DNA from: Escherichia phage PC3
Reading direction: 5' to 3' (one strand)
Length of the DNA stretch: 64,000 bases
Sequence record: ON184125
In this document: positions 1 to 8,626 of the stretch, piece by piece
Numbering within the stretch: the stretch's first letter is position 1
Layout of the letters: every line of letters begins with the position of its first letter
Program-made: the position numbers and the translations under genes
The notes under the pieces: generated by a model
Told to the model about the DNA's origin: nothing
What the model saw: the letters and a program-made list of their open reading frames with translations, nothing else
Databases searched by the model: none

Positions 1-188
1 ACCGGACGATTACTGTTGCTGCCGAGAAGGTTGAGGTCACCGAAGAGATGGTGGCGACCGATGCGGTGGAAGTCCTGAAGAAGGATATCCGCGCCGGGAA
101 CAACATTCAGCGCCCCGACAACGTCTGTAAACTGGCAGAGCACTTCTATAATGCTGCCCAACAACGCCTGAACAAACTGGATGCATAA
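1..188 (+). CDS. 3' end of an upstream CDS (5' end outside window); possibly the Mre11/SbcD-like partner of the following gene
   Basis: Open frame from window edge to TAA at 186-188 (...AQQRLNKLDA*); function guessed only from its position directly upstream of the Rad50-like gene (T4 47-46 synteny). Confidence 0.35.
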   Translation, partial: RTITVAAEKVEVTEEMVATDAVEVLKKDIRAGNNIQRPDNVCKLAEHFYNAAQQRLNKLDA

Positions 189-2526
189 CATGACTCAGAG
201 CACAGATATCTTGACCAAATTTGGTAATCTTTTGAAGGAAGCCGACGCCCCGGTCGAGGTTGAAGTCCCATTTGAAGTGCGTAACGTTGTTACACACAAA
301 CTGACCTTCCGCAAAGGCCGCGCCAAGAACTTCCGCTCCATCGGCAATCAGTTCATGGAGATTGATTATCAGCGCAACCCGGCCACCCTTGTCACGTCTG
401 ATGACAACGGCGCGGGTAAATCCACGATGCTGGTATGGCTGCTGTTTTTCGTACTGTACAACGACACATACAGCAAGAAGGAGAAGAAGGCAGGCCTGGT
501 TAACTCACAGAGCCGCAAGGAATGTGTGGGTGAGGTGGAGTTTGCCTGCCGTGGTAGCGAATGGAAGGTTCGCCGGGGTATCAAGCCCGACTTTGTTGAA
601 GTCTACCAGATGGTGGACGGCAAGTGGTTGCAGATCGATAACGAAGCAGCCAAAGCCGACATGAACAAGTACATCGTGAACCTCATCGGTGTAGACCAGA
701 AGATGTTTGAGAACTCTCTGGTGTTAGGTAAAGAGAAGTTCATTCCGTTCACGGAGATGTACACAGCCGACCGCCGCGCCATGGTGGAGACTATCTGGGA
801 CTTGGGCTTCTTCAGCCTGATGAACGAAGATGTCAAGGCCGCCATCAAAAGGACAAATGCAACTCTGGACTCTATATCTAACGAATGCGCACTGAAGGTT
901 GTTGACCACACCAACAAGAAGACGCAGCTTCAGCAGATCGAGCAATCCAACGCCCTGATCCAACAGCAGTCGGCCGATATCCTTGTACAGCAACAGGAAG
1001 CCCTGAATTCCCTGGATGCTGACATTGCCGCGCAGAATGAGGAGCGCACCCGCCTCACGGCTGTGGAGTTTGAAGCCACCCAGGAAATGAAGACGGTGGA
1101 AAGCCGCCTGCATGATGAATCCATGGTAGAGATCGAGGCTGTCAAGAAAGACTTTGATGCCAAGATCCAGGCGGTGAAGGATGCCGCGCAGGACAAGGCT
1201 GACGATTATGAGCGCATCGAAGTGTCTACTGCGGAGCATGATCTTCAGGTCTTGCGTGACCGCGCCTTTACAGTGGCCGAACGCAAGAACACCCTGCTCA
1301 CCGAGCGCAACACAAACCTGGACACCCTGAACGCTGCTATTCAGCGCCGCCAGCAGGGTGAGAACTTCCGTATCAAGTTCCAGACTGAAATGGAGGGGCA
1401 TCAGTCGGCCATCAAGCGCTTCCACGACATGGGGACTTGCCCAACATGTACCCAACTGGTGTCCGACGATACCAAGGCGCGCATTGAAAGCGAGTACAAT
1501 CCTCGGATTCAGGATCTACAGGCGAAGCTGGACCAGCTGGATAAAGTCACCGCCGAAGTCACTGTGTTGATCGATGACCACAAAGCCCAGGACGACAAGC
1601 TGGTTGCTGACATTGCTGTGTTGGATGCTGAACTGGATGCAATGCGCAAGCAGGCCGACGAAATCGTTGACAACATCAAGCAGCTGCGCCGTGATATTCA
1701 AGGTTTTCATGATGCTGCCACGATTGAGTGTAATTCGCTGAACCGTGAATGCCAACAGAAGATCCTTGACATCCGTAAGGCACTGAACGTTCGTTTTGAA
1801 GACATCACTGCTTCGCTGCAACAGACGCGAGAGAACGCCGTCAGCGGGATTAAAGCCGTCGATGATAAGATCGCCGAGCTGAAAGCCCGTCGTGCTCCTC
1901 TCGTGGCGTCTATTGCCGATCTAGAGCGTAAACTGGCTGTACAGTCAACACCTACCACCGACCTAGAGAACTCTATCGCTGCGTTGGAGGGTGAACTGGA
2001 GGATCTATACCAGCGCCGCGAGGATGCCGACCAGGAACTCCAGGACTTACAACACCTGCTGTTCTTCTTGAAAGATGACCAGACCAAGGCGCGTATCATC
2101 GCCCTGTATCTGCCATTCCTCAATAGCAAGATCAACGAGTATCTTGAAGCCCTCAACATGTTCTTGGACATCGTTGTTGACGATACCTTTGAGATCACCA
2201 TGAGCGCAGCAGGCCGCAAAGGACAGAGTATCTTCTCCCTGTCTACTGGTCAGCGCAGTCGTCTGAACCTGGCTGTGACATTAGCTCTGCGCGATGTGGC
2301 TAACCTCAAGGCGTCTGTACAATGTAACCTGTTCGTGTTGGACGAGATCCTTGAGAACATGAGCGAGCGCGGGGTGCAGGAATCTGTTGAGATGTTGAAG
2401 CATAAGTTCGGTGGGAACAACCTGTTTGTCATCAGTCAGCGTGAGCAGGAGTTCCAGGAATACTTCCAACACAACATTCGCTACGGTCTGCGAAACGGCC
2501 TGACTGAAGTTATCAAGAAGGATTGA
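181..2526 (+). CDS. Rad50/SbcC-like recombination ATPase (T4 gp46-like)
   Basis: 781 aa; N-terminal Walker A (DDNGAGKST), long central coiled-coil-like region, C-terminal ABC signature/Walker B-like segment (LSTGQRSRLNLAV...FVLDEILE); start may be ATG 181 or ATG 190. Confidence 0.85.
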   Translation: MHNMTQSTDILTKFGNLLKEADAPVEVEVPFEVRNVVTHKLTFRKGRAKNFRSIGNQFMEIDYQRNPATLVTSDDNGAGKSTMLVWLLFFVLYNDTYSKKEKKAGLVNSQSRKECVGEVEFACRGSEWKVRRGIKPDFVEVYQMVDGKWLQIDNEAAKADMNKYIVNLIGVDQKMFENSLVLGKEKFIPFTEMYTADRRAMVETIWDLGFFSLMNEDVKAAIKRTNATLDSISNECALKVVDHTNKKTQLQQIEQSNALIQQQSADILVQQQEALNSLDADIAAQNEERTRLTAVEFEATQEMKTVESRLHDESMVEIEAVKKDFDAKIQAVKDAAQDKADDYERIEVSTAEHDLQVLRDRAFTVAERKNTLLTERNTNLDTLNAAIQRRQQGENFRIKFQTEMEGHQSAIKRFHDMGTCPTCTQLVSDDTKARIESEYNPRIQDLQAKLDQLDKVTAEVTVLIDDHKAQDDKLVADIAVLDAELDAMRKQADEIVDNIKQLRRDIQGFHDAATIECNSLNRECQQKILDIRKALNVRFEDITASLQQTRENAVSGIKAVDDKIAELKARRAPLVASIADLERKLAVQSTPTTDLENSIAALEGELEDLYQRREDADQELQDLQHLLFFLKDDQTKARIIALYLPFLNSKINEYLEALNMFLDIVVDDTFEITMSAAGRKGQSIFSLSTGQRSRLNLAVTLALRDVANLKASVQCNLFVLDEILENMSERGVQESVEMLKHKFGGNNLFVISQREQEFQEYFQHNIRYGLRNGLTEVIKKD

Positions 2527-2528
2527 TC

Positions 2529-2693
2529 ATGAACTACGAACAAATTAAACTCGCAATCCTGGTCTTTGCATGCATCATTGACATCGTTTCGTTTTCTCGT
2601 GAAGTCGAAAGGAAAAACTACCTGAAAGCACTGGGGTATCTCGGGTTCTCTGTCTGGTTCTGTTATCTACTTGCAGGTCAGATCCTGAAATGA
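2529..2693 (+). CDS. small hydrophobic protein (54 aa), below ORF-track cutoff
   Basis: ATG 2 nt after gp46 stop; MNYEQIKLAILVFACIIDIVSF...FSVWFCYLLAGQILK; stop overlaps ATG of next gene (ATGA), suggesting translational coupling. Confidence 0.4.
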   Translation: MNYEQIKLAILVFACIIDIVSFSREVERKNYLKALGYLGFSVWFCYLLAGQILK

Positions 2694-3019
2694 AAGTCGT
2701 CCACTTCAAGAAGGAGCCATATGACGTCTACATTGGTCGGCCTGGTAAATGGGGGAACCCGTTTGAGGTCAAAGACCATGGACGAAGCGTCTGTATCGAA
2801 CTGTTTGAGGACGACCTGTATGTGCGCCTGATTGAAGGGGATATCACTGAGGATGAACTCCTTGATCTTGACGGGAAGGTATTGGGGTGCTGGTGTAAGC
2901 CGCGCCCCTGCCACGGAGATGTTTACGTCAAAGTCGTCGGGCGTATTAAACTATTCCGCAAGCTGGGTAAATCCTTTACTGAACATCTGAGACAAACGTA
3001 TGTCAGAAAACAAAGATGA
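2690..3019 (+). CDS. DUF4326-like protein with conserved Cys/His motif
   Basis: 109 aa; YIGRPGKWGNPF ... GCWCKPRPCHGD motif that I recognise as characteristic of the DUF4326 family; function unknown. Confidence 0.6.
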   Translation: MKVVHFKKEPYDVYIGRPGKWGNPFEVKDHGRSVCIELFEDDLYVRLIEGDITEDELLDLDGKVLGCWCKPRPCHGDVYVKVVGRIKLFRKLGKSFTEHLRQTYVRKQR

Positions 3020-3284
3020 AATTCAGGAATCCTGTGACATTGCTGTGGAGATATGGAATCGCAGGAATCCTCATTACCAAGTGACCGTCACTCCGAATCG
3101 TTATCTTGAGCAGGGTGGTCTGATTGTGGTTGATGCTGTACTCGCTTTCAACAAGTACCAAGATATGCAGATCCTGGACGGCAACTTTACCGTCGCGACC
3201 AAGACGGCATGGGATGACCCTCTACAGTTTGTCTATGGCTGGCTGGAGTGTATCGAGGAATCCTACCACCTCATCTACGAATGA
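3000..3284 (+). CDS. hypothetical protein
   Basis: 94 aa ORF overlapping end of previous gene by 20 nt; no recognisable motif. Confidence 0.5.
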   Translation: MSENKDEIQESCDIAVEIWNRRNPHYQVTVTPNRYLEQGGLIVVDAVLAFNKYQDMQILDGNFTVATKTAWDDPLQFVYGWLECIEESYHLIYE

Positions 3285-3381
3285 GGCTGAAGGGCACTAA
3301 ATATCACGTGCCCTTTATCTTTTAACCCCTGTCAGGAGGCTCAAGCGAGCTGCAAGTCGACAAAACATAAGGAACGCCATC

Positions 3382-3996
3382 ATGACGATGACAACGTTGA
3401 AGGCCATGGCCTTGTCCGTGACCTTTACCATTGCCAGCGGGAATGTGCACGCTTCCCAAAGTACCACCCAATGTGATTATAATTTCTCCGAGCAACAACT
3501 TAATACGATGGCAACCGCCTATCACGTAGGCAAGACACAAGATCTTGGCTACACTCTGGCCGCCATATCTTGGCGTGAGAGCCGCGCTGGCGAAGATGTA
3601 GTGTCAATGCGATACGGCCTCAAGGCGGCCAACATGGGAGCCTTTCAGAACAAGGTGAAGACAGTTGGTGATCGCGAAGGTTGTAAGAATCGCAAGTGCT
3701 ATGCCAATGTCGCTATAAAGTTGCTGACCGACCAAGAATATGCCGCGCAAGCCGCCCTCGATGAGATGCAGTTCTGGCTGACCTATCACAATCAGAATAT
3801 CCGCAAATCCCTCTCCTCTTACAATGCTGGCTTCGCCCGTAATCCTGCATCGAACGCTTATGCTGCCGACGTCGTGAAGAAAGCTAAATATCTTCAGAAA
3901 TGTGTGTCCTTCGAAGGCCGGACCATCTCCGAGGTAGATCCTCAGGTGATCGCCATGAACAAGCACACAATAGAGAAACTGAAGAGGACAAGATAA
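3382..3996 (+). CDS. secreted lytic transglycosylase-like protein (SLT-domain-like) with signal peptide
   Basis: 204 aa; N-terminal signal-peptide-like segment (MTMTTLKAMALSVTFTIASGNVHA); SWRESRAG (catalytic Glu-Ser-like), MGAFQ, SYNAG motifs reminiscent of lytic transglycosylases; preceded by hairpin and AGGAAC...ATCATG initiation region. Confidence 0.55.
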   Translation: MTMTTLKAMALSVTFTIASGNVHASQSTTQCDYNFSEQQLNTMATAYHVGKTQDLGYTLAAISWRESRAGEDVVSMRYGLKAANMGAFQNKVKTVGDREGCKNRKCYANVAIKLLTDQEYAAQAALDEMQFWLTYHNQNIRKSLSSYNAGFARNPASNAYAADVVKKAKYLQKCVSFEGRTISEVDPQVIAMNKHTIEKLKRTR

Positions 3997-4634
3997 TGAA
4001 CATCACTCCATCTCAGGCCGGATATGAACATATCTTGGTCTTCATTGCTCTACAGGGTGCGAAGGAAGGCATCATCGTATCCGAGTACTCAGGTACGGTT
4101 CGCCTTGCTGATTATGTCGCACCGGAGGCATTTATCAAGAAGTGTATTGACGCATGGTGCCTCTATGCCCTCAGCACATACCCTGCTCCTCCTGAGGGTG
4201 AGCTGTTGTTTACTGTGCCGACTCCGGCTGTTGGCGATACAGACGCGATCTTTGCCGATATGCTGACCAAGGGGTATCTGGTGTATGACATCACCCACGA
4301 TGTCTACTCCTTTACATCACTGAACACCGTGTTTGGATTCACCATCACATCTGAAGCCAACATCCCTGACTGGGGTATCTTGGCATGGGGCGTTGACGGT
4401 CTGGGTGCAACCTACGCATCGTCTGACGTCGGTGCGGTTCTGATTGATGAGGGTGTCACCATGGAGCAGTACCTTGCCCAGTTCCCTCAGCACAATATCA
4501 CAGGCAGCGACATCATTTTGGTCCAGCCTGGCGCTATCGCTCTCCCCCGTTTGGTAAATGGCTGGAAACCGCAGCTGAAGGATATCATCGCAGGTATTCG
4601 ATCCCACATTCCGGTTGTGAATCCGACGCCGTAA
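3996..4634 (+). CDS. hypothetical protein
   Basis: 212 aa from ATG overlapping previous stop (TAATG); track ORF 3900..4634 trimmed to internal Met 33. Confidence 0.55.
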   Translation: MNITPSQAGYEHILVFIALQGAKEGIIVSEYSGTVRLADYVAPEAFIKKCIDAWCLYALSTYPAPPEGELLFTVPTPAVGDTDAIFADMLTKGYLVYDITHDVYSFTSLNTVFGFTITSEANIPDWGILAWGVDGLGATYASSDVGAVLIDEGVTMEQYLAQFPQHNITGSDIILVQPGAIALPRLVNGWKPQLKDIIAGIRSHIPVVNPTP

Positions 4635-4646
4635 AAATAATTCAAT

Positions 4647-4670
4647 AAAAGGGGCAAACGCCCCTTTACT
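4647..4670 (+). terminator. rho-independent terminator
   Basis: AAAAGGGGC-aaac-GCCCCTTT hairpin followed by T-rich tract, directly after the stop at 4634. Confidence 0.7.
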
Positions 4671-4741
4671 TCTTCAATATCCTTCCCTATACTTCATTCC
4701 ATAAGCAGTACGACACCAACTTGAATAGCAGGAACTATATC

Positions 4742-5077
4742 ATGACACAACTCAAGAACTTCACTGCCGATGACATGTTTGCCTTCCAGGGTGCTGAGCA
4801 CTTTGCTGACGGCTCTGTACCTCGCATCTACTACTTCTCCGACGAAGAAATGGAAGATTTCTTCTCCCTGATGGAAAAGGACTACGAACCAGACGACTTC
4901 GTTTATATCATCCATCACGCTGAAGGACTGACATTGGGTTGGACGGCCAACAACGAACCAGAAGAAGTAAACTTTCCTGAAGGTATCATGTCAGAGCGCG
5001 TCGAATATCTACTGGAAGCTCTGGACCCCCACACCCTCCCGCTCTGGGCGATGTCTGTAGCCCAAGTTCAAAAATAA
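4742..5077 (+). CDS. hypothetical acidic protein
   Basis: 112 aa (MTQLKNFTADDMFAFQ...); start set at ATG with AGGAAC 8 nt upstream; track ORF 4721 starts 7 codons earlier. Confidence 0.6.
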   Translation: MTQLKNFTADDMFAFQGAEHFADGSVPRIYYFSDEEMEDFFSLMEKDYEPDDFVYIIHHAEGLTLGWTANNEPEEVNFPEGIMSERVEYLLEALDPHTLPLWAMSVAQVQK

Positions 5078-5080
5078 GAT

Positions 5081-5107
5081 AAGGGGGCTGACGCTCCCTT
5101 TTGGTTT
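5081..5107 (+). terminator. rho-independent terminator
   Basis: GGGGGCTGACGCTCCC stem (one G-U pair) followed by TTTTGGTTT. Confidence 0.6.
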
Positions 5108-5152
5108 CGCTAATTAGAAGAAACCGCCATTAATTCAGTCAGGAGATATAAA

Positions 5153-7582
5153 ATGTCAAAGCTAAGTTTCCTCCAGTTCATGCAGGAAAGAGATCAGTTG
5201 GACGAAGCGTTCAACTCCGCTCCGTATGAGCTGACCATGGGTAAGAAGAACGCAGGCGATGTGTTCTTCACCTTCATCGACGAAGATGAAAAGGAATACC
5301 GTATTCAGTTCTATACCCCTCAGGGGCTGGGCAAGAGCGTTCGTCAGGTTTTCATCGGCCAGAAGCGCGGCTCCGTCTATCCTGACGCCATCGCTCGCTT
5401 CAAGAACCCAATGCGCGTTATCGCTTCCATGATCGAAGCGACCAAACAATTCATGGCGACTCCTCTGGGTAAGACCATCGATGGCTTTGCTGTCAACTTC
5501 TCTAAGAAAGCGCTGGATCGCGGTATGACCCTGATTCCTAAGATCATCCGCCAGTCCGGCCTGAAACAGAAGCTGAATGTCATGGACCTGACCTACGCGC
5601 CTGTCCCCGACCGTGGTTATGTGTGGTTGGTCCGCAAGGGTAAAGATCCGGCTCAGGTATTCGACGGTCCGAAGATGCAGGGCATCACCTGGGATGATCC
5701 AGACAAGGTCGGTGACGTTCCTGAGCAGCCAGTTGTACCAGCAGGTTCGGACAGAAATAACCCAGCCAACATTGTCGGTTCTGGAACTGCTGTTATTGAT
5801 GCCAAACGACTTGGTGCTCGGGAAGTAAACGTGGAACGATTCAAAAACGGTGTTCGCATGCGTTCTCAAAACGGTGACGTCGACATCAGTATTTCCGACC
5901 CAGACTTTTCAAATGCAGCAAGTGCGACTGATGCTGCCACAGCCTCTGTTGTGGTCAAGAACGGGCGTTACGAAGGTGCCATCAATTCAAAGCGCAAGAT
6001 TGCTCGCATCTCGAACGAGCAGGGTACTGAATGGGATATCATCGGTGTCAACGGGGAAACCCTTGTCTCTATCAAGTTGAACAAAGTGTCTAAATCCGCA
6101 TCGGATTCGACCGAGAGTACAACCAGTGTTGATCAATTACGTGACAGCGGTTTCATCGCTCGTGTTCTGGGTATCATTGATACCCACGTTGGGCTGGACA
6201 CTTCTATTCTTCCTGGTGAGAACATCCGTCGTGTGGGCGCTGGTCGTTACACGACGGCAGGCGGGTTGGTTATCGTTGTCAACTTCACAAACGTCCTCGC
6301 TGGTTTCGTTCAATACTCAGTTTTCAGCGAAATTGCTGAAGAGAAGAGCGTGGCCAAAGGTAGCGCCCGTGACGTCGCCAATGCGGTAATTGCGTCCATC
6401 TTTGAGGTTGCCAAGACCCAGTACACTGGCGAATGGGAAATCGGAGCAGTGCAAACAAGCGCTCCATACCCTATCAAGGCCATCCGTCATTCTCAGGGCT
6501 GGGGATATGTAGAAACCGCAAACTGGACTCTGAAAGTGTCCGACGCTGTCCTGAATCGTGTGAAGCCAGGGAACACTGCTCTGCTGGAACTCATCAAAGA
6601 GCCTCCGCGTGGCAAGCACCCGCTGGAAATCATCCCAGAGAAGGGCGACAAGACCCTGATGCTGAAAGATCGTATTACCGGGGCCATCTATGGTTCTATC
6701 GACCTGAATGCCCAAGGCGCTGATCTGGTCAACTCTGGAACCCTGAATATACCAAGCAACGCCATGGTGTTTGGTGAGACTGTCAACGGTATGTCCATCA
6801 CTTGGTCTGGCGTCAATTTCCCGAAAACTGGGAAGTATGATGGTGCTGTATTGACCACGAATGTGACCTATTACTACGACAAAGGCAAAGTGGCGATCAC
6901 GCCTATTGTATCCAATAAAGGTCGTACCCTGAACAATCCGAAGACATATGAACTTACTTTGAAGAAAGATATTGTTCAGGCCGTGATCGATGAAATTTCT
7001 TCTAAAATGGAAATGATATCTCGGAATATACAAACTCTGAAAAGCACGTCGTATAATCCGAAACAAGTATTTTTGGACGACATTTCTGTTGACAACAACG
7101 GTTCAGTCCTTTGGCGCGGGTACGACATGGCGGATCGCCGCACTAATGAATTTATGTTGGGTATCCTGTCCAAAGAAACCGAGAGACTGGAGAAAGAGTC
7201 GGGTACTGCGAAGAAGACTGGTGCCGACCTTGCGGCATACGCCGACTCCATCCGCGACAACGCACCAAAAGGCCGCGACCTGGATTGGCAGATCTATGCA
7301 AGCCGTGATGGTCAGACTCTGAACGTGGACTGGGATATCACCTTCCGCCGCAACACAACTGAAGGGGCATATCGCGAGTTCAAATCTCAGATTGACCGCG
7401 CCAACCAGTACCTGCAGACTCTGTACCGGGATGCGAAGTCCAAGGGTTACAACCCGACTGAACCAAACCTGATGACTCTGGATAGCGCCCAGCAGTCTGA
7501 CCAGTGGGCACGAGACTACGGGGAAGGCGCATACAGCGAGTACGAGCAGTCCCTGGGTGGCAACATGCAGATTAAGATCTGA
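5153..7582 (+). CDS. large hypothetical protein (809 aa)
   Basis: Long uninterrupted ORF with SD AGGAG 8 nt upstream of ATG; flanked by terminators on both sides; no family recognised. Confidence 0.8.
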   Translation: MSKLSFLQFMQERDQLDEAFNSAPYELTMGKKNAGDVFFTFIDEDEKEYRIQFYTPQGLGKSVRQVFIGQKRGSVYPDAIARFKNPMRVIASMIEATKQFMATPLGKTIDGFAVNFSKKALDRGMTLIPKIIRQSGLKQKLNVMDLTYAPVPDRGYVWLVRKGKDPAQVFDGPKMQGITWDDPDKVGDVPEQPVVPAGSDRNNPANIVGSGTAVIDAKRLGAREVNVERFKNGVRMRSQNGDVDISISDPDFSNAASATDAATASVVVKNGRYEGAINSKRKIARISNEQGTEWDIIGVNGETLVSIKLNKVSKSASDSTESTTSVDQLRDSGFIARVLGIIDTHVGLDTSILPGENIRRVGAGRYTTAGGLVIVVNFTNVLAGFVQYSVFSEIAEEKSVAKGSARDVANAVIASIFEVAKTQYTGEWEIGAVQTSAPYPIKAIRHSQGWGYVETANWTLKVSDAVLNRVKPGNTALLELIKEPPRGKHPLEIIPEKGDKTLMLKDRITGAIYGSIDLNAQGADLVNSGTLNIPSNAMVFGETVNGMSITWSGVNFPKTGKYDGAVLTTNVTYYYDKGKVAITPIVSNKGRTLNNPKTYELTLKKDIVQAVIDEISSKMEMISRNIQTLKSTSYNPKQVFLDDISVDNNGSVLWRGYDMADRRTNEFMLGILSKETERLEKESGTAKKTGADLAAYADSIRDNAPKGRDLDWQIYASRDGQTLNVDWDITFRRNTTEGAYREFKSQIDRANQYLQTLYRDAKSKGYNPTEPNLMTLDSAQQSDQWARDYGEGAYSEYEQSLGGNMQIKI

Positions 7583-7589
7583 TCATCGA

Positions 7590-7607
7590 AAGCCCCTTCG
7601 GGGGCTT
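7590..7607 (+). other. stable hairpin with UUCG tetraloop
   Basis: AAGCCCC-ttcg-GGGGCTT perfect 7 bp stem directly after stop of the 809 aa gene; 3' arm overlaps TATAAATA box. Confidence 0.6.
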
Positions 7608-7614
7608 ATAAATA
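7607..7614 (+). promoter_or_regulatory. T4-type late promoter box TATAAATA
   Basis: Exact TATAAATA 23 nt upstream of ATG 7638; consensus of T4 late (gp55-dependent) promoters from established knowledge. Confidence 0.5.
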
Positions 7615-7637
7615 ACTGAAATCCCGAGGAGATTAAG

Positions 7638-7943
7638 ATGAAACCGTTTATCGAATATTTTAAAGAACAAGCCGCTAAACCTCAGACCCATGCTGGTGTC
7701 CAGGGTAAGACCGTATCCATCACCAAGCAAGCTGACGGCACTCAGTGGTGCTCCGGTGCTACCGTGACCCAGATCACCCCTGACAATCAGGCGGATGTCT
7801 ACAACCTGGAGTTAACCAACGGCAACACTATCAAGGTGAAACTGACCCCAGACCAGACTCACGGTATCTCCCAAGGTCAGGAAGTCGTTGCTGTCCATGA
7901 CGGTTTCGAATTCTTCTTTGGCAAGTCTGCCGACAAAGACTAA
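7638..7943 (+). CDS. hypothetical small protein, probably late-expressed
   Basis: 101 aa; SD GAGGAG upstream; TATAAATA box upstream. Confidence 0.65.
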   Translation: MKPFIEYFKEQAAKPQTHAGVQGKTVSITKQADGTQWCSGATVTQITPDNQADVYNLELTNGNTIKVKLTPDQTHGISQGQEVVAVHDGFEFFFGKSADKD

Positions 7944-7983
7944 GTGAAACCATCAAGATGACTCTGGTCAAACAGTGATTACA

Positions 7984-8014
7984 ATCCCCCTAAATACAGG
8001 GGGATTTCTTTTTC
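7984..8014 (+). terminator. rho-independent terminator
   Basis: ATCCCCC-taaataca-GGGGGAT hairpin followed by TTCTTTTT. Confidence 0.7.
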
Positions 8015-8028
8015 TGAGGAAACAAATC

Positions 8029-8382
8029 ATGGTTAACGCGAGTATTTTCATCAACCGTGGACTGCTTGCTATAGCCCACTCTCATGCCTTGCACTTCGTT
8101 ACAACGTCCTATGCCAAGCACAAGGCACTCGGGGAGTTCTACGGGGAACTGGAGGGCTTGCTGGACACGTTTACCGAAGCATACATCGGTGCTGGTGGTC
8201 AGTATGTTCCATCATTCGAGAATATCAAATTGTACAACCCAGACCCTATCTCCTATATTAACAGTGTGGTGATAGACGTCGATGGCATCTACAAGCAGTG
8301 TGACTCCCACCTTCAGAGCACTCTTGACGATATCAAGACACTGTGTTATCAGACGATCTACAAACTGAAGCAGCTGTCGTAA
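8029..8382 (+). CDS. hypothetical protein
   Basis: 117 aa from ATG with SD GAGGAAAC upstream (track ORF 7975 would include the terminator). Confidence 0.55.
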   Translation: MVNASIFINRGLLAIAHSHALHFVTTSYAKHKALGEFYGELEGLLDTFTEAYIGAGGQYVPSFENIKLYNPDPISYINSVVIDVDGIYKQCDSHLQSTLDDIKTLCYQTIYKLKQLS

Positions 8383-8406
8383 GTCAATACGAAATAAAGG
8401 CATATA

Positions 8407-8450
8407 ATTTTGCTCATTATTCACCGAAAGGAAAGGACAATGAGCAAAAT
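8407..8450 (+). repeat. 11 bp perfect inverted repeat enclosing an SD-like sequence and start codon of a mini-ORF
   Basis: ATTTTGCTCAT ... ATGAGCAAAAT; loop contains AAAGGAAAGGA. Confidence 0.6.
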
Positions 8451-8526
8451 CTTTATCCCGTCACATGCGCAGCTACATGAATCTCTTGGACAACTTCGCC
8501 CACTTCGAGCACAACACGGCTGGTAA
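8440..8526 (+). CDS. possible mini-ORF (28 aa)
   Basis: ATG in 3' arm of the inverted repeat, MSKIFIPSHAQLHESLGQLRPLRAQHGW*; speculative. Confidence 0.2.
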   Translation: MSKIFIPSHAQLHESLGQLRPLRAQHGW

Positions 8527-8626
8527 ACAAATATTTTGTATAGAGGGCTTGTCGACCACTGTGTATAGCTCAAAGTCGTGATGTAGACTATACTGTGACC
8601 GAAGTGTTCCAGAGGCAGAAGATCTA

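Noticed and set aside
724-1455. 243 aa minus-strand ORF (and 1707..2219, 1516..1821) inside the Rad50-like gene
   Set aside because: Antisense to a long, motif-bearing CDS; no SD; composition mirrors the sense strand, so treated as shadow ORFs.
5162-7066. Minus-strand ORFs 5162..5869 and 6317..7066 within the 809 aa gene
   Set aside because: Entirely antisense to a continuous long ORF flanked by terminators; most likely spurious.
7975-8028. N-terminal extension of track ORF 7975..8382
   Set aside because: The extension would translate through a terminator hairpin; an internal ATG with a proper SD at 8029 is a better start.
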